NCBI GenBank assembly: GCA_964538845.1
Contig: CAZIHN010000001.1
Span: 4,048-55,161, forward strand
Length of the DNA: 51,114 nucleotides
Direction of reading: 5' to 3'
DNA from: an uncultured Nitrosopumilaceae archaeon
Lineage (GTDB): Archaea > Thermoproteota > Nitrososphaeria > Nitrososphaerales > Nitrosopumilaceae
Part shown: positions 44,008 to 51,114 of the stretch, in pieces
How positions within the stretch are numbered: the stretch's first letter is position 1
How the letters are laid out: each line of letters begins with the position of its first letter
Made by a program: the position numbers and the translations under genes
Notes under the pieces: model-generated
The model's database searches: none
What the model was told of the DNA's origin: nothing
What the model saw: the letters and a program-made list of their open reading frames with translations, nothing else

Positions 44008-45248
44008 ATCCTAAACAACTCCTTTGCTCTATTAAGCGATGTGATAAAAGCATCCACCTCCTCTTTTGTATTATAGATATAAAAGCTTGCGCGCGATGTT
44101 GCTGATACATCTAATCTTTCCATTAGGACTTGTGCACAGTGATGCCCAGAACGAATAGCAATTCCATCTTCATCAATTATTGTGGCAAGGTCGTGAGGAT
44201 GAATATCACCTAGGTTGAAGGATATGACACCACCTCTTTTTGCTATGTCAGCTGGGCCATATAGTTTCAATCCCTTTATTTGAGATAGTTTGTCCAAAGC
44301 ATACTTTGTTATATCCATCTCATGTTCTCTTATCCTTTCCATTCCTATTTTCTCAAGATAATCTATCGCTGCTGAAAATCCAATAACATCCGCAATATTT
44401 GGAGTTCCAGCCTCAAACTTGTATGGCAGGTCATTCCAACTAGTTTCATACTTGTGAACTTCTCGAATCATATCTCCTCCTCCATTAAATGGAACCATAT
44501 CTTGAAGCAATTCCTTCCTTGCCCAAAGAACTCCTACTCCAGTTGGTCCTAGCATCTTATGTGCAGAGAATGCAAAAAAGTCACAACCTAATTTTTGGAT
44601 GTCCACTTTAAAATGAGGAACTGATTGTGCGCCATCTATTAGAACCAGTACACCATGTTTGTGACACATCTTAATGATTTCCTCTGAATTTGTTATCGTT
44701 CCCAACACATTAGACATCTGACTAAATGTTACAAGTTTCACTTTGCCTGTTTGAAGATATTTTTCCAAGTGATCTAGAATTAGTTCGCCGTTATCATCTA
44801 CACCAATATATTCTAATTTTGCTTCTTTTTCCTTTACCAAAATTTGCCATGGAACTATATTACTGTGATGTTCGTATTCTGTTGTTACTATAATGTCGCC
44901 CTTGTGAACATTGTGTCGTCCCCATGCATAAGCAACAAGATTAATTGCTTCTGTAGCTCCCCTGACAAATATTATTTCCTCACGATTTTTAATATTTAGA
45001 AATTTTGCTATTTTATCTCGTGTATTTTCATATGCGATCGTCGCTTCCTCTGCTAGTTCATGAACTGCTCTGTGAATGTTGGAATTGTAATTTAGGTAAT
45101 AACTACGAATAGCTTCAATTACTTGAATAGGTTTTTGTGTGGTAGCAGCATTATCAAAGTAAACAAGAGCTTTATCCTTGTGTACTTTACGCTTTAGAAT
45201 AGGAAAATCATTTCTAATTTCTTCTATATTTATGATACTTGTTTGCAA
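44004..45248 (-). CDS. sufS: Cysteine desulfurase SufS
   Basis: YFDNAATTQKP, EHHSN, DGAQ, SAHKMLGPTG, FEAGTP, RSGHHCA (class II). Confidence 0.97.
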   Translation of the reverse strand: MQTSIINIEEIRNDFPILKRKVHKDKALVYFDNAATTQKPIQVIEAIRSYYLNYNSNIHRAVHELAEEATIAYENTRDKIAKFLNIKNREEIIFVRGATEAINLVAYAWGRHNVHKGDIIVTTEYEHHSNIVPWQILVKEKEAKLEYIGVDDNGELILDHLEKYLQTGKVKLVTFSQMSNVLGTITNSEEIIKMCHKHGVLVLIDGAQSVPHFKVDIQKLGCDFFAFSAHKMLGPTGVGVLWARKELLQDMVPFNGGGDMIREVHKYETSWNDLPYKFEAGTPNIADVIGFSAAIDYLEKIGMERIREHEMDITKYALDKLSQIKGLKLYGPADIAKRGGVISFNLGDIHPHDLATIIDEDGIAIRSGHHCAQVLMERLDVSATSRASFYIYNTKEEVDAFITSLNRAKELFRI

Positions 45249-45249
45249 A

Positions 45250-45561
45250 TTAATTTACCTCAACATAGATCTCATTTTGTTCTATTTTAACATTGTAGAT
45301 TTTGAGGGGTATTTCTGCTGGAAGATTCATAGGTTTACCTGTTTTTAAATCAAAAGTGGAGAGATGTAAAGGACATGTTACTCCCTCTTCAGAAAGTATC
45401 CCAGTTGAGAGATCAGCATCTGCATGGGTACAGACTCTGTCAGTGGCATAGATCTTCCCGTTAAGATTTGAGAGTAGAATTTTTTTTTCCTTGTAATCAA
45501 AGTCAAACATTTCACCCTTCTTCAATTGACTTGATTTGCAAGCTCTTATCCATCCAGACAA
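45250..45561 (-). CDS. Rieske-type [2Fe-2S] ferredoxin; probable start TTG 45561
   Basis: CTH...CPLH Rieske ligands; lies between sufD and sufS. Confidence 0.92.
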   Translation of the reverse strand: MSGWIRACKSSQLKKGEMFDFDYKEKKILLSNLNGKIYATDRVCTHADADLSTGILSEEGVTCPLHLSTFDLKTGKPMNLPAEIPLKIYNVKIEQNEIYVEVN

Positions 45562-45565
45562 AATC

Positions 45566-46966
45566 TCACCGATATTTGTAATGACTTTCAAAGATATCCG
45601 CTTCCTTGTATCTTGTTTGCTCAACCTCGAGAATTGCCTTGAGCTGTTCGTCAGTTTTTATCAAAAGATCTCTACCTGCCCACTTAGAATCTATTAGATA
45701 ACTAATCCATGCTCTTATCTGGTATGACATCTTTCTTGAGAGTGGTTCCAGAAATCCTTCTACTATTATTTTTTGGGCTTCAGATTTACTAAGGCATCTA
45801 GAAGACAGATAGAAAAGTTGTTCTTCATCCATCTGTGCTACTGATGCCGAATGTGTTGCTTTGACATCATTTGTAAATATCTCAAGTCCTGGTATTGAAT
45901 CAGATTTTGCTCCCTTGTCTAACAGTATAGAGTGACCTGCAAGGAAAGATTCTGAATGATGAGCGTTTTTCTCTATTCTTATCATACCTTTAAAGAGAGA
46001 TTTAGAAGTGTCTTTAAGAACCGATTTTTCTAGCACTCTTCCAATTGTAGAGGGTGCATTATGTATTAGGTTGGAAGAAAGATCGTATGATTGATTTTTA
46101 TTTCCAAATACTACTTCAGTGTCCTGTGCGTTAGCTCCTTGTCCATTAAGAAAATTATCGACCTTATATCTTGAGAGATATGAACCAAACAATCCAAGAT
46201 ACCAATTCATTCTTCCATCGCGTTCAATTCTTGCAGTTCTTGAAGAGAAATCTACGGCAGACTGATCCATTGCTTGCAGGGTAACCATATCGAGTTGAGA
46301 GTTAGGACCCACAGAGATATCCAGTACCTCTAGATACGCTTGTTGATTTGTTGAATTTGGAGCATAAATCTCTTGAACTATTGAAGCTTTGCTATTTTCT
46401 TCTCCAATCACTAGGTTACGTGATATAGTTGAGGTAAGATCAGCTGGAAGCGACGATATTATATGAATCGGCTTTTCTAAAACTAGACTCTTTGGAATGT
46501 ATATGAAAATACCAGAATTGAAAAAGGCATTGTTTAGTGCAATGTACTTGTCTCTCTTAGAATCAGTTTGCTCAAATGATTTTTTTATTTTATTATCATG
46601 GTACTTAATTGCGTCTTGAATCGAACAAATTATGAGACCTTTATCCTTTAACTCATTTGGAATATTGATTTTGTTTATACTTGTACCGATTTGTACTATA
46701 CTGGGATTATCTTCAATTTCAGAGAGTCTATCTTTTACAAAATCTTGAATTGTGCTGTCTGAACTTAAAGAAAAAATCACTTGATTTGAATCTAACTTGT
46801 TTGCATCACTGTATTTGTTATACAGGGGAGAAACTTCTTCTGGAAGCTGTTTATAGATTGAAAAAGCGCTTTTTCGGTATTCTCTAAGCCACGAAGGTTC
46901 GTTATTTGCTTCCGAAATCTCTTCTATGTGAGTAGAATCAAGTTTAGAAAGTGTGAATGACGACAT
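45566..46966 (-). CDS. sufD: Fe-S cluster assembly protein SufD
   Basis: ALNNAF, FKGMIRI, PGLEIFTNDVKATHSASV, EQLFYL.SR, IVEGF. Confidence 0.93.
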   Translation of the reverse strand: MSSFTLSKLDSTHIEEISEANNEPSWLREYRKSAFSIYKQLPEEVSPLYNKYSDANKLDSNQVIFSLSSDSTIQDFVKDRLSEIEDNPSIVQIGTSINKINIPNELKDKGLIICSIQDAIKYHDNKIKKSFEQTDSKRDKYIALNNAFFNSGIFIYIPKSLVLEKPIHIISSLPADLTSTISRNLVIGEENSKASIVQEIYAPNSTNQQAYLEVLDISVGPNSQLDMVTLQAMDQSAVDFSSRTARIERDGRMNWYLGLFGSYLSRYKVDNFLNGQGANAQDTEVVFGNKNQSYDLSSNLIHNAPSTIGRVLEKSVLKDTSKSLFKGMIRIEKNAHHSESFLAGHSILLDKGAKSDSIPGLEIFTNDVKATHSASVAQMDEEQLFYLSSRCLSKSEAQKIIVEGFLEPLSRKMSYQIRAWISYLIDSKWAGRDLLIKTDEQLKAILEVEQTRYKEADIFESHYKYR

Positions 46967-46995
46967 TTTACATCATATAGCGACAAATCGGCTCT

Positions 46996-48396
46996 CTAAC
47001 CGACTGATCCATCCATTTCCAATTTAATTAATCTGTTTAGTTCAACTGCATATTCCATTGGTAATTCTTTTGTAAATGGCTCAATGAATCCATTTACAAT
47101 CAGTGTTAGTGCTTCTTCTTCTGTAAATCCTCTTGTCATAAGATAGAATATTTGTTCATCTCCTATCTTACCGACAGTAGCCTCGTGAGTTACTGTGGCG
47201 TCTTCTTGGTTAATCTCCATGTATGGATATGTATCGGTTTTTGAAATGTCATCAAGGAGCAATGCATCACATCTTACTGAAGCCTTTACACTAGTTGCAC
47301 CTTTTGCAACGTGAAGTAGACCTCTATATGTTGTTCGTCCGTTATTTTTGCTGACTGATTTTGAGGTAATCCTAGATGTTGTGTTCGGAGCAAGATGAAC
47401 CATTTTTGCCCCTGTGTCTTGGTGTTGATTCTTACCTGCGAATGCTATTGAAAGTGTTTCGCCATGTGCACGTGGACCCATAAGATAAATTCCTGGATAT
47501 TTCATAGTTAATTTACTGCCGATATTACCATCAATCCATTCCACACGTGCACCTTCGTATGCATATGCTCTCTTGGTAACAAGATTATACACATCATTGC
47601 TCCAATTTTGAATTGTAGTGTATCTCAATTTTGCATTTTTCATACCAATCAGTTCTACTACTGCAGAGTGCAGCGATTCAGAAGAATATACAGGAGCGGT
47701 ACATCCTTCTATGTAATGTACTTCAGATCCTTCGTCTGCAATTATCAATGTTCTTTCAAATTGACCAATATTCTCTTTGTTGATTCTAAAGTATGCTTGT
47801 AATGGTAATTCCACCTTAACACCTTTTGGTACGTAAATGAACGATCCTCCACTCCACACTGCACTGTTAAGTGCTGCAAATTTATTATCCTCAGGAGGAA
47901 TTACTTTACCAAAGTATTTTTTGAAGATTTCAGGTTGTTCTTTTAATGCAGTATCAGTATCTAAAAATAGTACACCTTGTTTTACAAGGTCTTCTCTTAG
48001 GTGATGATATACAACCTCTGACTCATATTGAGCTCCTACTCCTGCAAGAAACTTCTTTTCAGCTTCAGGAATTCCTAATTTATCAAATGTTGCCTTGACC
48101 TCTGCTGGAACATTGTCCCAATCCTTCTCTGTTTTCTCGGAAGCCTTGGCATAATAATAGATATTGTTAAAATCAATCTGATTGAGATTACCGCCCCAAT
48201 TTGGCATAGGCTTTTTCATAAAGATCTCATATGAGCGGAGTCTAAAGTCTAGCATCCATTCCGGTTCTCCCTTCATTCTGCTAATTTCTTCGACAACTTC
48301 TTTTGATAGACCCTTCTTGCTTGTGTAAACATACATCTCGGTGGAGTTTTTGAAATCATATTTACTATAATCCATATTGAGGTTCTCAGACGTCAT
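46996..48396 (-). CDS. sufB: Fe-S cluster assembly protein SufB
   Basis: [49 protein letters not shown]. Confidence 0.97.
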   Translation of the reverse strand: MTSENLNMDYSKYDFKNSTEMYVYTSKKGLSKEVVEEISRMKGEPEWMLDFRLRSYEIFMKKPMPNWGGNLNQIDFNNIYYYAKASEKTEKDWDNVPAEVKATFDKLGIPEAEKKFLAGVGAQYESEVVYHHLREDLVKQGVLFLDTDTALKEQPEIFKKYFGKVIPPEDNKFAALNSAVWSGGSFIYVPKGVKVELPLQAYFRINKENIGQFERTLIIADEGSEVHYIEGCTAPVYSSESLHSAVVELIGMKNAKLRYTTIQNWSNDVYNLVTKRAYAYEGARVEWIDGNIGSKLTMKYPGIYLMGPRAHGETLSIAFAGKNQHQDTGAKMVHLAPNTTSRITSKSVSKNNGRTTYRGLLHVAKGATSVKASVRCDALLLDDISKTDTYPYMEINQEDATVTHEATVGKIGDEQIFYLMTRGFTEEEALTLIVNGFIEPFTKELPMEYAVELNRLIKLEMDGSVG

Positions 48397-48569
48397 TTGT
48401 TGATATAACTCCGTTATATTATAAAAAAGTTATACCACACTTCCTACGCGTATAGCGGAGTAGGCTAAGCTAAATAGTAAGGCATACAAATGATTATAAC
48501 GAAAAAATATCTTGTCTTCTATTCGATAGTTTTGATTCTAAATATTTAGAATGAGAATTGAGATGGGTT

Positions 48570-49748
48570 TTAACTCCAAACTTTTTCCTGAAAAGTCCAT
48601 CTCTTGTTTAGTATAAAATTACCAACTGATGCAATTGCAACTGCTAAGAACAATGATATTGAATAATCCATATGTCTTAACTCCACAAGACCATACACAA
48701 TTAAAAGCTGAAAAACTGCACCTATACCACTAAACCCAAGAAATAAACCGTATTGAATAGTGGTTTTCTTTAGATCAAAATTTCTGTCCTCAAAGGTCCA
48801 TATCTTGTTGAGAATGAAGTTAGAACTCATTGAGAAAACAATTCCAATCATAGTTGCATAGATATACCATAAATTAGATAATACGGCTCCAAACATGAAG
48901 GAGACGAAGTAGTTGACAAGTAGACCTGATGCACCAACAGTATAGAATCTTCCTGCCTTGGACAAGAAATGAACCGAGGTACGTTTTTCGTTTTCTTTTA
49001 CAGACTTTCCATACCGATATAGTTTCCAAATTGATCTTAGGTAATCTACAGTAACTGAAATATCTAATTTGCTAGAACCCGAAGTACGATCAATAAAATG
49101 GTAGGGTATCTCCGTAACCTTTGCACCTCTTGCTTTCACAAGAATCTCCAATAATATTTTGTATCCTATCGCATCAAATTTAATATTATTAATTATATGA
49201 CGTTTGAATGCAAAGAATCCAGACATTGGGTCCTTGATTTTAATTCCTAGCCCATGCTGTGCAATTTTGGTTGCTCCCTTGCTGATTAATTTTCTCTTAA
49301 ATGGCCATCCTGAAACGGATCCACCTTTTACGTACCTGGAAGCAACTACAATATCACAATCCGAATTACGAAGTTCTTCTATCATCCTTGGAATAGTCTG
49401 AGGAGGATGTGATAAATCACTGTCCATTACAACTACATCCTCACCTCTAGCGCGTTCTATACCCGTAACGATAGCAGAACTTAGACCTCTCTTGTTGTGG
49501 CGTTTAATAATCTGAATGGAGCGCCCATTTTCTTTGAATGTTCTAGCATATTCTTCAACTGTATTACTGGTGCCGTCAGGCGAATTATCATCTACAACAA
49601 TGATTTCAGCATCCATCTCACGTGGAATTGTATTACCTAAAGAATCAAGAATTTTTACGATATTTTTGCGTTCATTATAGGTAGGAATGATTATAGAAAG
49701 GGATCTCGAACGATTAGCCAAGATCTTTTTATGGATGGTACTCAACAC
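48570..49748 (-). CDS. GT2 polyprenol-phosphate glycosyltransferase (DPM1-like) fused to a GtrA-like membrane domain
   Basis: IIIPTYNE, VVDDNSPDGT, MDSDLSHPP, DPMSGFF; C-terminal 4-TM segment with two NFILNK.WTF motifs. Confidence 0.92.
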   Translation of the reverse strand: MLSTIHKKILANRSRSLSIIIPTYNERKNIVKILDSLGNTIPREMDAEIIVVDDNSPDGTSNTVEEYARTFKENGRSIQIIKRHNKRGLSSAIVTGIERARGEDVVVMDSDLSHPPQTIPRMIEELRNSDCDIVVASRYVKGGSVSGWPFKRKLISKGATKIAQHGLGIKIKDPMSGFFAFKRHIINNIKFDAIGYKILLEILVKARGAKVTEIPYHFIDRTSGSSKLDISVTVDYLRSIWKLYRYGKSVKENEKRTSVHFLSKAGRFYTVGASGLLVNYFVSFMFGAVLSNLWYIYATMIGIVFSMSSNFILNKIWTFEDRNFDLKKTTIQYGLFLGFSGIGAVFQLLIVYGLVELRHMDYSISLFLAVAIASVGNFILNKRWTFQEKVWS

Positions 49749-49794
49749 TAATTCCTAAACTTTTTGATGCCTGACCGTTATTAAAATTGTCTAG

Positions 49795-50589
49795 TTAACA
49801 AAAGCTACTTCTTATAGCTTCTACAGCGCCAGGCACCGTGTGAACAGCAGCAGTAATAGATTTTATACCAAACACCTTCAATTCTTCAGCAGTAAATGGA
49901 CCTATAGAAACAACTGACATTTTTTCCAAATTTTTCTTAAGGGTTGTTTCATCAAAATCGGATGACATTATTTCGAAAAAGGCTCTAACTGAAGAGACGC
50001 TTGTGAATACTATTCCATCTATTTTTTTTTGAGAAAATAGATTTTTAAATTCTATCCAATCAGACAAAGCCCGCGAGGATCTGACATTGTAAAGATAAAT
50101 CTCCTTTACATTAAGGCCTATCTTTTCAAGTAGTTGAGCAAGGAAGGGAGTTGATGCTCCGCTTCTTGGAATGATTACTTTCTTGCCTTCCGCATTTAAG
50201 GTTGTAAAAATCTCTCCTATCCCTACAGATGAAAATCTTTCTGGAATATGAGATACTCTTATTCCTTCAGATTCAAGTGCTTTTTTTGTTTTTGGGCCTA
50301 CTGCAACTACAATGGTATTTGCCACAGCAAGCTGAAGTTTTTCAAATTTTGAAATTTTTCTTGCTGCATCAAACAACAGTTTAACAGCTTTGGAACTCAT
50401 AAAAACAGAATAATCCGGATCTTCAATAATTATAGTTTGAAGAAATTCACGTACAATTCCCTCTCCTTTACTTATCAATTCTATAGTTGGCAAGGAAATT
50501 GCTTTTGCTTTTGTTTTAGATATCATTTTGATAAATTCTTTTGAATCTTCTTTTGATCTTGTAATGGCAATAACTTTTCCTTTCATCAT
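49795..50589 (-). CDS. hemD: Uroporphyrinogen-III synthase
   Basis: IAITRS, FMSSKAV, AVGPKT, FTSVSSV, SIGPFTA; ATGA overlap with the cobA stop. Confidence 0.9.
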   Translation of the reverse strand: MMKGKVIAITRSKEDSKEFIKMISKTKAKAISLPTIELISKGEGIVREFLQTIIIEDPDYSVFMSSKAVKLLFDAARKISKFEKLQLAVANTIVVAVGPKTKKALESEGIRVSHIPERFSSVGIGEIFTTLNAEGKKVIIPRSGASTPFLAQLLEKIGLNVKEIYLYNVRSSRALSDWIEFKNLFSQKKIDGIVFTSVSSVRAFFEIMSSDFDETTLKKNLEKMSVVSIGPFTAEELKVFGIKSITAAVHTVPGAVEAIRSSFC

Positions 50590-51114
50590 TTTCTCCATCC
50601 AATATCGTCAGAGAGATCTACCACTTTACCTATAATGATTACTGATGGTGGTTTAATTTTTGCCTGACTTATTTTCTCAGAGATGTTCGATAGTGTACCC
50701 TTTATCATTCGGTGTTCAGATGTTGTCCCATTTTGGATTACCGCAACAGGGGTATTCTTTTTTAGCCCACCACTAATCAGTTTTTTAGAAATTGTCTCAA
50801 GTCTAGAAAGTCCCATCATTATGACTATAGTATCTACTGCCCTTGCCAGATGTTTCCAATTAACAGCTTCTTTTGTTTTTTTATCATCTTCGTGACCTGT
50901 GACAAAAACTACAGATGATGCAAACCCTCTATGTGTAAGTGGAATTCCAGAATATTCAGCAGAGCCAATTCCGGAGGTAATGCCAGGTATTATCTCATAT
51001 TCTATTTTATGTTGCTTTAGATATTCTGCTTCCTCGCCTCCTCTTCCAAAGATAAATGGATCTCCACCTTTCAATCTAACAACATTTTTGACCTTCCTTG
51101 CATAATTTACCATT
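50586..51114 (-). CDS. cobA: Uroporphyrinogen-III C-methyltransferase, 5' part outside the window
   Basis: VVRLKGGDPFIFGRGGEE, IPGITS, GIPLTHR, VTGH. Confidence 0.95.
   Translation of the reverse strand, partial: MVNYARKVKNVVRLKGGDPFIFGRGGEEAEYLKQHKIEYEIIPGITSGIGSAEYSGIPLTHRGFASSVVFVTGHEDDKKTKEAVNWKHLARAVDTIVIMMGLSRLETISKKLISGGLKKNTPVAVIQNGTTSEHRMIKGTLSNISEKISQAKIKPPSVIIIGKVVDLSDDIGWRK

Noticed and set aside
25807-48420. Recent inversion separating sufC from sufB
   Set aside because: Orientation would fit, but no junction repeats are visible and both genes have their own promoters. It cannot be supported without comparative synteny.
1-51114. CRISPR array, IS element, provirus or replication origin
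   Set aside because: No spaced repeats, transposase, integrase, capsid gene, duplicated tRNA 3' end, orc1/cdc6 or ORB-like boxes were seen.

Overview
AT-rich archaeal chromosomal segment. Gene content (DnaJ-ferredoxin fusion, TFB, Gar1, SRP19/54, S24e/S27ae/S8e, ScpA/B, intron-containing tRNAs, fused AhbAB) points to an ammonia-oxidising Nitrososphaerota (Thaumarchaeota) genome; this placement is my inference. It is mostly housekeeping: thiamine, sugar-nucleotide and glycolytic genes, translation and RNA modification, haem/sirohaem synthesis and SUF Fe-S assembly. No CRISPR array, transposase, integrase or rRNA was seen. The best signals outside the ORF track are: (1) a well-formed box C/D guide RNA just after aIF5A whose D guide predicts 2'-O-methylation of wobble C34 of a CAU tRNA; (2) two operon-internal genes (hemA, sufU) whose conserved N-termini are reachable only from an ATA codon overlapping the upstream TAA ('ATAA' instead of 'ATGA'); (3) several unannotated microproteins, including three different zinc-finger types; (4) a hemerythrin-like gene split by one in-frame TAG; (5) apparently degenerate PAP2 and Pus10 active sites; (6) candidate palindromic operators near sufC, sufB, the SSB gene and rpl13e. 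All calls come from reading motifs by eye; no database search was run.
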